Assembly: GCA_951406725.2 (NCBI GenBank)
Contig: OX597816.1
Location: forward strand, 156,178,001-156,242,000
Source of the DNA: Octopus vulgaris
Lineage: Eukaryota
Reading direction: 5' to 3'
DNA: 64,000 bases
The position numbers and the translations under genes are program-made. Under the pieces are notes generated by a model that saw only the letters and a program-made list of their open reading frames with translations, was not told the origin of the DNA and did no database searches. Below, piece by piece: positions 26,881 to 41,947 of the stretch (position 1 is the first letter of the stretch; every line of letters begins with the position of its first letter).

Positions 26881-26985
26881 TATGTGTGTGTTTGTGTGTG
26901 TGTGTATATAGATGTATGTAACTGTGCATGTTATTCCACTATACTAACCCCATTCACTGCTTCATTTCACTTTATTATTTCTCAC

Positions 26986-27330
<345 letters not shown>

Positions 27331-28012
27331 GTCTGTGGAGATATGTATGTCTATGAAGGAGAGATAATACAGAAACTGAGATGAGAGCATGAAGAAAAAG
27401 ACGAACAATGCTAACAATAGCAACAGGGTGAGGAGTGGTTTATATTTCTTTTGTTTGATATCTGAATAACTGTCACAATATTTTTCAAGAATTATTTTTT
27501 ATTTTTCTCCACTTCTGCTTTAATATTACTCTTTCTTTACTTTTCGTCTATTCCTTCCCTCGTGGAACAAATTTTGCAAAAGATTGAACTATTTTTGGTC
27601 GGCTTAATTTGTTTTACATGCTAAAACTTGAGGGCAATAATTCACCAGAGACTATAACATTTGCAGAAGAAGAAAAGATAAGGGGAATATACAGATGTAG
27701 AAAGAAAAAAAAAGAGAGAGAAATACAGAAAATGATCGATATTTCAACATAATAAAAGTTCAACATCTTAATTATATCTGTAGTTTTCGTCAAAGAAAAA
27801 TGCTAGACCGTGAAGATTCTTCCATTTCAGACGTGGTGCGAATTTATTCACATTAATAAGAACTAAAATAATGTTTGAGATTAAATGGATATATTTGCCT
27901 CACATCTTTTTTACATATATACGTACGCACATGCATACCTAAATACACGTATATAGACATGCATATTCACACGTATGTATAAGCATACAATAACTACTAT
28001 AATATATATCTA

Positions 28013-28058
<46 letters not shown>

Positions 28059-28085
28059 TATATATATAATTATATACATATTTGC

Positions 28086-28141
<56 letters not shown>

Positions 28142-28726
28142 ATATGTATATATATAAATATATATAGCACCAGGTGGTGCTATTAAGTTAGACATGGCCT
28201 GGGCCAATAATGGCCGAAACCTATCAAAGTATCAAAGTATATATATATATTTATATATATATATATGCCAGTATATTGTATATGTGTGTGCATGTGTGAG
28301 GTTGTGTGTGGTTGTGAGTTTGTATATACACACACATAAATAGTGTTTCCTAATATTCTGAGATAATCTATGAGAAACAAATCTGTGGGACGCATTTGCT
28401 TGTAGACAATAAAATTAGAAACTTCGACACAAATTATATCCTGCATCGAAATACAGTAACAAGCTCTCCACACCTTTGTCTGTCTGTCTGCCTGTCTCCG
28501 TCTCCCTGTGTCTCTCGATTCTCTGTTTTATCTTTCTTTGTATCGCCCTGTGTTTGTGTGAACTTTTCAATGCATTTGTATGTAAATTATACCTGAATCC
28601 CATGAGAAAGCTACTGGAAAACAATAAAATTGCTCACATAGAAGCATTCCTACACATATACAGCAATATGTGTGTATATACGTGTCTGTCTGTCAGACTG
28701 TCCTTCCTTCCGCCCGTCTATCTATC

Positions 28727-28959
28727 TATTTCTTTACTACCCACAAGGGGCTAAATACAGAGGGAGCAAACAAGGACAGACACACAGATTAAGTCGATAA
28801 CATCAATCCCAGTGCGTAACTGGTACTTAATTTATCAACCCCGAAAGGATGAAAGGCAAAGTCGACTTCGGCGGAATTTGAACTCAGAACGTAACGGCAG
28901 ACGAAATACGGCTACGCATTTCGCCCGGCGTACTAACGATTCTGCCTGCTCACCGCCTT
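28727..28959 (-). mobile_element. SINE family A, full length
   Basis: Near-complete reverse complement of 43912-44144. Confidence 0.92.
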
Positions 28960-29169
28960 GCATACCTATTTCTTTACTATCTATCTATCTATCTGTCTAA
29001 CTACCTAATAATTGTGTTTCGGAATATATATAATTACACAAACACACAAACACGACACTCGCACGCACACACACACACACACTTATGCATATGCTTTACT
29101 TATTCCAGCCATTAGACAACGGTTATGCTGGAACATTGCCTGAATAATGTTTAGTCGAATATATATAGA

Positions 29170-31030
29170 GGACGGAGCCATATGTACTCAAACGACCTAG
29201 GATTACATTAAAAGACTATGAACCGGATTTTCTCGTCAGCCAATTCACTAGGCTGATTAGTCCTTGCAAATCGGATATTGGCCTCATAAGTAACAGAAAT
29301 TATAGACAAAACACCCCCTAATCGCAAGAAGCTTGAACTAGTGGATCTCTGGTCCCACACTACGGTACGTTTAGTACGTTACCTCATAAAGTATACACTA
29401 AGTTCTTACAGACTGACAAAAACTGGTACCACTCTTCTGGTAATCTAATACTCATAATATGTCTCTGAACTTTGCCATGAAGAAAACGTCTTTATTTAGG
29501 AAGGAAGTAGATACAATTTTAACAGGTAGGAGAATCTTTATAACCTTCGACGACCAACTATGGACTCATAAGGATAGGATAGAGAATTTTGATATAACAA
29601 TGAGCGCATGTACGTCGGGCCAAGTCACTATTAAAGTCTGACTTTCCTGAAATAGGAGGTGGTCTATATAGGGACGATGCTTCATTCACTTTCTACAAAT
29701 ACAGCAAGGTAGAACTTGAGAAAACGAGCAAGAGGATTCGAAGCCTTATCAGTAACTATGGGCTTTCCGTTACAGCAGACAGAAACCATAAGATAGCAAA
29801 CTTGTTGTTACGTTGAATCTCAGCACAGGTCTGTGTAATCCTTATCAAAAACCATTAATAGCTTGTAGTAGTAAACAGATACTCCAGCGACCCAAGGGCG
29901 CTAGGTACATCAATCGTAAATACCGTCTCCGCAAGAATATCGAGGTTGTCTTCGAATAGAGACATCTACACATACAACTCACAGTACTATAATGAAGGAT
30001 TGACTAGGGGCTGGGTACATAGATATCTCATACATACCAGCGGTGGACGCCCTGGTTCCCACCATTAGTCACCTCTTGACACCAGGTAGCACTATTTACA
30101 CCCCTAAGGAAGTAGGATAGGTACACAACACTCCACAAACGAGGTCACTAAGGAATTAGACCCTAATGAAAAACTTGTCGAGTAACGCCTCAAGAGAAGG
30201 AGCAAGCCCTACACCAGTAAGCAAGGTCTTATGGGGTGCTCTGATTCACCACACAGAAAACGGAATAACTGGGCACGCAAGAGGAATATAATATGGTTCA
30301 ACCTTCCTTTTGCATTGAACATTGCATCCGACATACCCGGCATTTTCTTTAGAGCATTAGACAAGCACTTTCCTCCCACACACTGATGTCGCAAGATCTT
30401 CAATAAGAACAGCGTAAAGTTATCCTACTCTACCACACATAAATGAAAAAATTGAACCCAAGGACAGATTCGAATCCACCATATAATACAAGTAAACCTG
30501 TTCACCCTCGTCTCAGTTCAGCACACGAGAGACGCCAACGGACAGCAGATAGTGAGCAACATGACACTTCATCCTAGAAATTCGGCAGAACTGGAGGCAC
30601 TTAATAAAACCCCACTTATGCAAGATCCCATCTGTCGTACACCTTCCATAGATTCCCTATACAATCAGTCCCTTAGGAAGAACATGGTATATAGGGTTAC
30701 AGTTACTATGGAAAATAATAACTTCCACTACATAGATGTTACTGCTTCACAATTTAAACGAAGATTTTACAATCAAGTCCACTCTTTTAAGAACTAGAGT
30801 AAGCTTAAATCCACATCGCTGGCAAGGTTGATATGAGATTTAAAAATGAAGAGGGCTCCATATGTGAATTCGTGGTCTGTTGTGACTTATGTACCCCCAT
30901 ATACCGGAGAAGGAGGTGTATGCAACCTGTGCACAGCTGAAGCTCTAGAGATATTACGCAATAGGGGCTATACAATTAACAAAAGAAAAGAATTTCTGAT
31001 ACGGTGACCACATAAATACCACGAGACCTT
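29170..31030 (+). mobile_element. Penelope-like retroelement, Nematis-type, decayed
   Basis: Motifs ITLKD...TRLISPCKSDIGLIS, FDITM, GLYRDDA, RNIIWFNLPF, NKNSVKLSYS, GIY-YIG-like NMVYRVTV...YIDVT...FKRRFYNQVHSF, and CNLCTAE. Many stops. The clade assignment is from recalled motifs. Confidence 0.85.
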
Positions 31031-32268
31031 TGCAAAATTTATATAGTTTAGCTCCCCTTTCCTCCATCCATTAGTTCTTTTTCCTTCACACATAGATACT
31101 TGCCCCCAGCTTATTAAAACAGCCCCAGTATCTTGAATATTATGGGGCTTTCCATTTGAGTGACCCTATACCATTCCATAGCTATAACAGGTTTAATTTC
31201 CTATCTTCATACCCCCCAAACCATCCCTGTATTCACTTCTTACTCTACTACGATTATGTATTCTATTTTAGGTGTATGTTCGTCCGATTGTCAGTTTACG
31301 ATACTTACTGCCCTTGTATATTAGATCCCAGCATTCAGTTCCATTACTGAAATTATATTTCAAATTTCGCTAACCCTAATTCGTTTATATTCTAATTCTT
31401 TAAACTCATGTTTTACCTATTTTTTAACGGATTGAACAATGTTTTTACGGATTTTTGTTTTCACCAACCTTCCATGTTCGGCTCGTTCCACTTGTAAGAC
31501 TATAATTTTATAATACTTAGAATTTATAATTTTTTTCTCTAAATTATAGTCTTTCATTTTTCATTTTTCTCTTTGTCTAAAAGGTCGATTGCTTCCTTTC
31601 CATTTATTTCCGGTTTATTCCCCTTCTCGAATTATATCAATATATTTATAATTTGTATATTTTTAAATTTATAATTTTTCATATTTCACTTGGTTCTTTA
31701 TTTTCTGAGCAAGTTTTATTTTTTATTTTATTATACGTGTATATATATAATCTTTATTATTTATTAATTTTGCTTTTTTGCTTTTTAATTTTCAAACAGA
31801 GTTTATGGTATATTAATCTCTTATCCCAACTTAACCTACGACTTATATACACCTCCGCCCATAAAGAGTCAGCAACTTGCTACAGAAATAGCATAAATTA
31901 AAAATTTTTATATTTTGTATTTTTTCATATTTCACCTGATTCTTTATAATTTTCTAATAATTTTTATTTTCATATACATTTCTTTTTATTCGATATTTTT
32001 TAATTTTCAGCCTGAGTTCACTATGAATTAAACCGTCATCCCGACTTGCCTAAGTTTTATAAACACATCCACTTACAGAGGTTTACAAACAGGCTGCAGA
32101 AATAATAATTTTATTTATTTTCACTGATTCGAGATCCTAATTTTAATTTAATTTTGTTATTTTGTAACTCCTTTTAAACTGAACCATACCCACCCTCAGT
32201 CTTCCTCATGGGACTTTATTTATTTATCTATATATTTATTTATTTATGTATCCATATGCGTATTTCTA

Positions 32269-32495
32269 CAGGGTTGGCCAAAAGGGACCCGAGATTAAAT
32301 CAAAATTCCATACATACTGTCTATAATTGTGTATTGACTCGAATAGAAAAATGTCTCACTCAAGGACTTCAGTTTGAACTATTGTCATGATGTTTCATAT
32401 TTAGATGTTTTTATTAAATTCATTCAGTTGTTAAACATAAATCTTGGAATTAAACGGGTTTGATTTACAGTCATGTGAGTTTTTGGCCAACCCTG
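32269..32495. mobile_element. Tc1/mariner-type MITE
   Basis: TA-cagggttggccaaaa ... ttttggccaaccctg-TA: perfect 15-bp TIRs with TA target duplication. Confidence 0.88.
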
Positions 32496-32613
32496 TATAT
32501 ATGTATATATGTGTATGTGTGTAACAGTGCATATATATATATATATATGATGAACGGCAACGAGAAACTCAGAGTAACAGATTTTGTTGAATTTTCTGCT
32601 GCTTTAAATAAAG

Positions 32614-32646
<33 letters not shown>

Positions 32647-32708
32647 CTGTGTGTGTGTGTGTGTATACAAACTCGTGTGTTCCTTTTCAACCTTCTACAT
32701 TACATATA

Positions 32709-32750
<42 letters not shown>

Positions 32751-32921
32751 TATATACACGTATATACATATATACATGCATATCTATGTGTGTGTGTGTG
32801 TATTTATATAAATAAGATCATGGGGTTGAGGTGTAGGAAGGAAGGTAGCTTCAAGTAATCCGTAGTAAATATAAAAAACAACTCTTAGGTACAATAGTGG
32901 TTTATCTACTCCATTCCTTAA

Positions 32922-32959
<38 letters not shown>

Positions 32960-33459
32960 GTATATATATGTGTGTGTATGCAAGTATCACTAATCATGTC
33001 TATACATTTTATTTAATTACCTAAATTTGTTATAACCTAGTTTATCATTCTCCTGACCACTCTTTAATTAAAGTCTAAATTCATAATTTCTGCTTTTATT
33101 TTTTAGGACACCCACTTTTCTCTTTTTCTGTTTATTTTTACATCTCTTTTCCTTTGACTACACACACTATGATCACAAAGTAGGTCTACTAGCTGGGTGG
33201 CGATTTATACTACCCTACCAGTGACGACACAATTCCCCTGCCGCAGACATCGTAAATATCCTCATTATTTGATTCATGGGCAATTTTCAAGTTATCTGTT
33301 TAATATTTTCTTCTTACTTTCAGCTGTTGCTGATGAATATCTTCTGGTGGTCAAACAAAATTTCAGCCATCAAACGAATTTCAGTATTAGTGGAACTGTT
33401 TGTACAGACCGACTACAATTTGCTGTATATCGCCCAACCTAATTTATCTATGTTGTTTA

Positions 33460-33595
33460 GGTTCTTCTTCTTCTTCTTCTTCTTCGTCTTCTTCTTCTTC
33501 TTCTTCTTCTTCTTCTTCTTCTTCTTCTTCTTCTTCTTCTTCTCCTCCTCCTTCTTCTTCTCCTCCTCCTCCCCTTCTTCTTCTTCTTCTTCTTG
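33460..33595. repeat. (TTC)n/(TCC)n microsatellite
   Basis: Visible. Confidence 0.95.
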
Positions 33596-34071
33596 CTCTT
33601 GATTCCCCCCATTACATAATCTCTACCCTACTTACCCCACATCCACACTTTTACTTTTTTTGTGTTCCCCCCTGATATAAGCCAAAAACAGGGTCTGGAA
33701 GACGCACAATCTGACAACACACCTTTGATGCAAGTCTGAAGAAGTGCCTTTTTAATGGCTGAAATCATGAACATTACGTAAATTTTCACTTCGAATCTTA
33801 GCATAAACTGGCGTTGCAAATATAGTTGGTACAGAAACAATTGTAACGAATGATTAAAGATGTATAAAGAATTTTCTGTCTTCTTTTTATCATTTGGATC
33901 ATTTACTCTTCGTGAAATCCTCTTTATGGTATAATAGTCATGACACTTGGACTTTCTACACCTGAAGAATTCCAGGTTTGTCCTGGAACCCGACAGTGTT
34001 GATAGCCCAACATTCGGGTTGAGTGACTCTCTGGAAATATGCTAACTTCACACCCTACCAGACTACCAGCA

Positions 34072-34974
<903 letters not shown>

Positions 34975-35174
34975 TCAAGTATTATTCAAACTCTATTAAA
35001 ATACGTAAATCCTATTCCTTATATAGACAAATGATTATATTTCGCAGATATGAGTCCAGGTTAGGACATAAGAATGCTTACACCATATATTGTTTTCATT
35101 CAAAAGTCATTGATTTTGTTCTGTGATCATTCTTGCTTGAATACTTAAAGAAAGTGTCTTCGAATTTTGTTTAC

Positions 35175-35293
35175 CTGCCTGAAGTGTTCTTAAGTTTCAA
35201 ATGACATTTCCTATGTACGATATATTCTTGTGAAATCTTCAAATATCTTAGGTAAACTACTGCAAAAATTCCATCTTCATACGCGCACGGATC
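35175..35293 (-). CDS. Candidate internal coding exon of an unidentified host gene
   Basis: Acceptor tttcattcag and donor CAG|gtaaac bracket a 119-nt open frame, DPCAYEDGIFAVVYLRYLKISQEYIVHRKCHLKLKNTSG. No family recognised; it could be chance. Confidence 0.3.
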
Positions 35294-36074
35294 CTGAATG
35301 AAATTATTTCCAGAAACCGTAGACGTAGAATTCAATAAAGGAGATATCTACATGCCACATTAACAGATTATGGTAAGCTACAGTCAAAGACATCAACTTA
35401 GTACACATTATAGCATCAAATCGCATCAACTCTGCACTTGATTCTCGACATCTCTTAATATTCTTCCTTTGTGGATTACTGTCTGGACAAAATTCTACAG
35501 GTCAAATTCGAAGTACACATGTTTAATTTTATACATACCATTCATTTATACACTCGTTGGCTTTCGGATACATGATTTACAGATTTACGTATATTTGTTT
35601 TGTCATTATTTCCGCAAATAAGATTTGTGAAGGACGAAATTTATATGAGAAAGAAAACCTGAGATATTGCTGCAAGTGGTCAAGTAATGCTAATCTGTGT
35701 ACGGTATTTTACAAAAAAAAAAAAAACCCATACATTTACATTTTCTTTGTCCAACTAATAACTGAATTTCAATCAGATATATTCGACGATGTAAAATTTG
35801 AGGTTTCGTGGTTTCAATAAATTTGAAATTGTTAGATGTAAAGAGAAATTAAATAATTTTAGATATGTTTCAACAATTATTATTAAAGTTTTCAGCATTT
35901 ACTAATGTTAGCTGAATGCAAATTCAGATTCAGGTGGGTGCGAATTACCTATCCAAGCATTATTCGTTTATTTTAATGTACACACACACACAAACAAACA
36001 CGCACATACACACACACACACACACACACAGGTGCTCATGTGATTATAAAAAAGCGCATAAAGTACATTACTTT

Positions 36075-36389
36075 TATTTATTTATGCGCCCTTTTCAAGC
36101 CTAGTCAGGCTCGTGGGCCCGGTTTCCCGGTTTCTATGGCGTATGTGTTCCCCCCAGCTGGACGGGACGCCAGTCCATCGCAGTGTTATTCAAGAAGCGG
36201 GAAGAAAGCGTGAGAGAAAGTTGGGGCTAAAGAGTACACCAGCGGTTGCCACCACCTCCTGCCTGAGCCTCGTGGAGCTTTGGATGTTTTCGTTCAATAA
36301 ACACACACAACACCCAGTGTGGGAATCGAAACCGCGATCCTCCGACTGCGAGTCCGCTGCTCTAACGACTGAGCTATTGCGCCTCCACA
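36075..36389 (-). mobile_element. tRNA-derived SINE, family D, full length
   Basis: Minus strand starts gtggaggcgcaatagctcagtcgttagagcagcggactcgcag...ggtttcgattcc (A and B boxes) and ends in a taaa tail. A head fragment also occurs at 34503-34561. Confidence 0.85.
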
Positions 36390-37213
36390 TATAGTACATT
36401 GGCCGAGGGTTATATGTACTTTCAACAACACAAAAAAACCCTCAAATTTGTAGAAAGTCTGTCAAAATATTCCAAGAATTTTTCTCGAAAGAATTAATCG
36501 ATCTGGATAAGTAATGCCTGACACACATTGACTCCCATTCTATTTTTGCTAGATATATTTCTGGCACAAACCTAGTAGCTATAATCTATGACAAAAGTGG
36601 TAAAACCTTATATGAAGCATCAAATTTCTTCACAATATTCGATTATTTTCTTTGTTCTATTGCAAAAGTGAACTATAAATATTGTAAATCTATTAAAAAC
36701 AAATTTTTGAACATATTTTCTCTTCCATATTTTGCCTAACATTTTATGTGCATAGCACAACGGTTTTCTCAAGCAATCATACGATTCATTATGATATAAC
36801 ATATGTATGCATATATATGTGTGTGTATGTGTGTATATACCGCTCTCTCTTTCTCTTTCTCCCTCTCTCTCTATAGAGAGCAGGATAAAGAAAGAAAGAG
36901 AGAGAGAGAGGAAAAGAGTTAAAACTTTTTGTGTAAATCCCTTGTAGTATGCTATGCAAATCCTGTACACGTTTATTAGCAACAGAATGTCACCATACAC
37001 TGGATATACATCTAGAATTCTGAAATTCCATGGAAAACTTAGAGTTTATACTAAAGCGGTGGTGCCCCAGCATGGCCGCGGCCTTCGGGCTAAAACATTT
37101 TTAAGGATTTAAGGATTTATGAGAAAAAGGATTGAACGACATTCTTATATTCATATCACTACAATTGTTTGCACACATCGTCACACATGTAAAACATTGG
37201 TGAGATAATATAT

Positions 37214-37421
37214 ATTTCTTTATTACCCACAAAGGGCTAAACATAGAGGGGACAAGCAAGGACATCGACCCCAGTGCATAACTGGTACTTAATTTATCGA
37301 ACCTGAAGGGATGAAATGCAAAGTCGACCTCGGCGAAATTTGAACTCAGAGCGTAACGACAGACGAAATACCGCTAAGTATCTCGCCCGGCGTGCTAACG
37401 TTTCTGCCAGCTCGCCGCCTT
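37214..37421 (-). mobile_element. SINE family A with target-site duplication
   Basis: Family A sequence flanked by ttggtgagataatata (37197-37212) and ttggtgagaaaatata (37422-37437). Confidence 0.92.
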
Positions 37422-38945
37422 TTGGTGAGAAAATATAATTAACATATATCATAAATCTAAAGTACTCCCTTCCTGCTACAACTGAACATATGGCTTGTCA
37501 GTATAGGAAGTTAAATTATATTCGTCTAGCTTGTATATGCTTTTCTGTAATAAATCCTTTACAAGTAGGTAGTTGACAAGCGTGATAATGGTCAATCCTT
37601 GTCTCTTTATGACAGTATTATCTCTAAACGCCTAATATCATTCTTTATTTTGTGATTTTTCTTCTTCCAAATAATCTGATTATGAAGATAGAATTGTACA
37701 TTGAGAACTGACGTTCCAACACCGTCAACGTCTTCTTTCAAATTTCGTAATCGCTTTTCTTTTTTGTTTGAAATATTCACACGTTTATTCACTGTATGTT
37801 CTTTCTACAGTAAAACAATGAAATAAACCTACAAGTGTTGAAGAGAAACTGCAGAGAACTATGCAAACAGTATAAAAGTGTGAAATACGTCTTTTATTCT
37901 GATTAATCTGAATAAAAATTTTAAGAAACATATCTTGTGAATGAAGTTGAAGTGTAGTGAATGGCGTAGTACAATTAATGTTTACTTTCATATAAAGCCT
38001 CGACGAACATTTATTGTTATCGTAGTAGGCATTATAGTCTTAATAGGTATTGAATTAAGCTATTAGCTGTGAAGTGTGAACATGTCACTCTATTAAATTA
38101 CTGTTTTGAGTTATGTTTCTCATATAAAGTGCCATTAGTATCATCGCTGTTTTTTTCTTTTCTTTCAAAGCAGATTTTCAATCAACATATGAAATACACA
38201 CAGTAAATATACAGATTTATTTTCAATTTTTTTCCAATCTTTTTTCGTGACTCATAGTAAACGCCATTTCAAAATACATGACATATATGTATGTATCTAT
38301 CTATGTACGTATGTGTGTGTATGAATGTAATATGCATATGTGTGTGTGTATAAATGTACATATGTATGTGTGTGTATATATATATAAAATATATGGCATA
38401 AAATTATATGGCATAAAGATAAAAATATATGGTATAAACACATATGCTAGTACAGACATATTCATTAACGTTTTCGACGAAAAACTAAAATGTCCGCTAG
38501 TGGATTCAGACATCTTTGCATTTGGCGAATTTTATAGATTCAATCAATTTTGATTTCGGCCGACTAAATGAAATTTATACATAAATAATTCATGTATGCG
38601 CCTTTGTTTTATCTCTTTTATGAGTCACTGGACTGTAGCCAAACTGGGGCAAATCTACCGCAATACAATTTTTCACAGCCCAGTTCTTATTCTATCGGTG
38701 CTTAACTGAACTGGTAGATTACACCGGTTATTAAGAGTGGTTGTTGAGGAGGGGGTAAACACAAAGGCACACGCATACGTAAATACATAAATACATATGT
38801 GTGTGTTTGTGTGTGTGCGTGCGCCGTGCTTCTCTCAGAATCCGTTTACCGAAAAAAAATTGCAGGGCTGTGGCCGGCCCGAAGCAATAGAAGCACTTGC
38901 TCGTACTATTACTTCTTACCAAAAAGCATGACTCGCGCCTATACT

Positions 38946-38994
<49 letters not shown>

Positions 38995-39010
38995 TATATA
39001 CACACGTATG

Positions 39011-39425
39011 TAGGCGCAGGAGTGGCTGTGTCGTAAGTAGCTTGTTTACCAACCACATGGTACCGGGTTCAGTCCTACTGCGTGGCAGCTTGGGCAAGTG
39101 TCTTCTACTATAGCCTCGCGTCCACCTAAGCCTTGAGAGAGGATTTGGTGGATGGAAACTGAAAGAAGTCCGTCGTATATATGTATATATATAGGTGTGT
39201 GTATGTGTATGTTTGTGTGTCTGTGTTTGTCCCCCCAGCGTCGCTTGACAACCGATGTTGTTGTGTTTACGTCACCGTAGCCTGGTGGTTCGGCAAAAGA
39301 AACCGATAGAATAAGTACTAGGCTTACAAAGAATAAGGCCTGGAGTCGATTTGCTCGACTAAAGGCGGTGCTCCAGCATGGCCACATTCAAATGTCTGAA
39401 ACAAGTAAAAGAGTGAAAAAGAGTA
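39011..39425 (+). mobile_element. tRNA-derived SINE, family B (CORE-like), full length
   Basis: A-box-like tggctgtgtcgtaag, B-box-like gggttcagtcc, CORE-like ttgggcaagtgtctt, internal (TA)/(TG) tract, and tail ggcggtgctccagcatggcc...gtaaaagagt. Confidence 0.88.
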
Positions 39426-39900
39426 GACACGCATACACGTACGCACATATTATTAAATCTCAAAAGTGTTAATATAGCATAATCCAAGCATATTTTATAA
39501 GTGAGATAAAAAGAAAAAACAGAAAAAGTCTTCAAGTATTCACAGTGAAAAATATTCTTAGAAGAAAGCCATTTAGTCAGAAACATCGTTATAAATACTT
39601 TTGATTATGGGGGGTTTTGTACTCGTCTGAGTGGTATATAAGAAGAAATAAAATAAATCCTAACAATATTTATCAATAGGATGCTATCTGAGAAAGATCC
39701 TAATCAGATACAGCAAAGAATATTTCGTTGTCTCTGGTCTCTGTCCCGTTGAGTCTGTCTGTCTGTCTCTTTTACGCTTCGTCTATCAATCTATCAATCA
39801 AAACGCCATGCCAAATATCTGTTGTATGCATATAAGTATATATAGACATACAATATATAAATATATATATATATATTTATACATACATATATATATATAT

Positions 39901-39958
<58 letters not shown>

Positions 39959-39964
39959 GTTTGC

Positions 39965-40188
39965 ACCTAGAGAGTTACCCTCTGAGGCACAAGTCTGGGC
40001 AAGGTTGTTTTATGGAAGACCAGTAGTCGCCCATGCATACCGGCCTCCCTCTCCACGCCACCAGTGTTATCCAAGGGAAAGACAAAGGTCGATACAGCTT
40101 GGCACCAGTGACGTCGCAACTCATTTCTACAGCTGAGTGAACTGGAGCAACCTGAAATAAAGTGTCTTGCTCAAGAACACAACACGCA
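39965..40188 (-). mobile_element. CORE-like SINE, family E (head missing)
   Basis: Minus strand reads gtgttcttgagcaagacactttatttcaggttgctccagttcactcagctg. A related degenerate copy is at ~63530-63720 (+). Confidence 0.75.
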
Positions 40189-40189
40189 A

Positions 40190-40239
<50 letters not shown>

Positions 40240-40807
40240 TATAAATAAATATATATATATATATATAATATATATATAATGCGACTATGTGTATACGTAC
40301 CTGGGTGAAAGTGAATGTCTGGATATGTATGTGTATACATACAAGTATATTCACTATGACAGTGCTTGGCTACATTCCTATGAGAATATTGTTTAAGTAT
40401 ACGATGTTGACTTTTGAGAATAAATATTTATCAAAGATGATGCTGCCAGCACGATAGTACAATAACTTATACCTCGGTGCTCTAAAAGGATATTTCATAT
40501 TGCTTGCTACACTTATTTACATTACATACACTGTTACGAGAGAACAAAAGATGTGTGGCAAGATTTCCGAGCCGAAATTAATTCTGTATAATCACGCAAC
40601 ATTGCAAATAATTTGTGAGCTGTTTGTTATATAGGAACGGAAGTTTCTGTATTGATTCAAAGGACCGAGGCAATGTCTGTCATTGAGCAGTCAAAACTAA
40701 GCCGAAACAGTGTCTGAAAATCTGCAGACGTTGTATTGAGTTTGTGTTTTTACATATAATGTCTGTAGTCAGAATTTTTTCTCTTAGAGCAAATTCTGCA
40801 GTCAATG

Positions 40808-40866
40808 CACTTTCTCCTCGACTTACGACCTATGTAACTTACGACCGTTCACATTTAATACCACAA

Positions 40867-40901
<35 letters not shown>

Positions 40902-41074
40902 CGATCTTCGGACGTTGGGCAGCTGTGTCTACGATAACTATGGCAACATCTGGCAACGTTGGCTTCCCTCAGACCTCGGCATCTACTGTCGCTCACTCAG
41001 TTACTTTCAAGAATCAGTTGTGTTTTCGACCAGTCCGCAGGAACGGAATTCGGTTGTAAGTCGAGAAGAAGGTG
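40808..41074. mobile_element. Tigger/pogo-type MITE
   Basis: TIRs cactttctcctcgacttacgacc / ggttgtaagtcgagaagaaggtg, with a subterminal acttacgacc repeat typical of Tigger-like ends. Confidence 0.75.
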
Positions 41075-41877
41075 TGCTATTTGCGTCTTAGTCTGCAAGA
41101 ACATGTTAAAAATATATGTATACATAATTATTTTGATTTTCGGTGTTCTATGTGCACACACATTATTAATTCTAGCCCGCTCAATCCTTAATGCAGACCA
41201 GCAACACATAGGCATATATGTGTTAGCCGTTCTCCATATAACAACACCAATTTCGTTTTAGCTCCAAAGGACAAAGGTAGTGACAGTAAGACGATATATA
41301 GACGATAAGTAGAACTGCAATATTTTCAAATTGCTCTTTTATCTTGCCGCATCTTCTCACTCATTCTCTATCTCTAAATACACAGACACCTACACGCACA
41401 CACGTACACACACAGAGTCTCTCTCTCTCTCTGTCACACACACACATAGTTATAGTGTACGGTTCCATTAAGTTAACATCGTCAATGAAAGTACTCCTTC
41501 CAGTGAAAGATAAATATCGTTTAATGTACATTGCATTAGAATAAAAGCTACCAAAGTTTCTTGCCATTAAAACACATGGTTTGGCAGAATATGAATAACC
41601 AGCTAAAGCACGTGTCTTAATGGCAAGAAACTATTAGTAGGTCTTATTCTTATACAGTTTACATTAAATGAAACACACACACACTCACGCACACACACAC
41701 ACACACACGCACACACACACACACACACACAGACAGACAAATGCACATACGCTCTTTTATATATATAGAGAGGGAAGGACAGATAGATTGATAAATATAT
41801 AGTCAGAGAGATAGGTGTGTATGTATGCATATATATCTGTTTGCGTGTTTGAGTGTACCTGTGTTTGCGTGTTTGCG

Positions 41878-41947
<70 letters not shown>

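Noticed and set aside
35314-35371. Plus-strand segment with strong splice sites (tttccag...ATG|gtaagc)
   Set aside because: It has stops in all three frames and cannot be supported as coding. A non-coding exon is untestable here.
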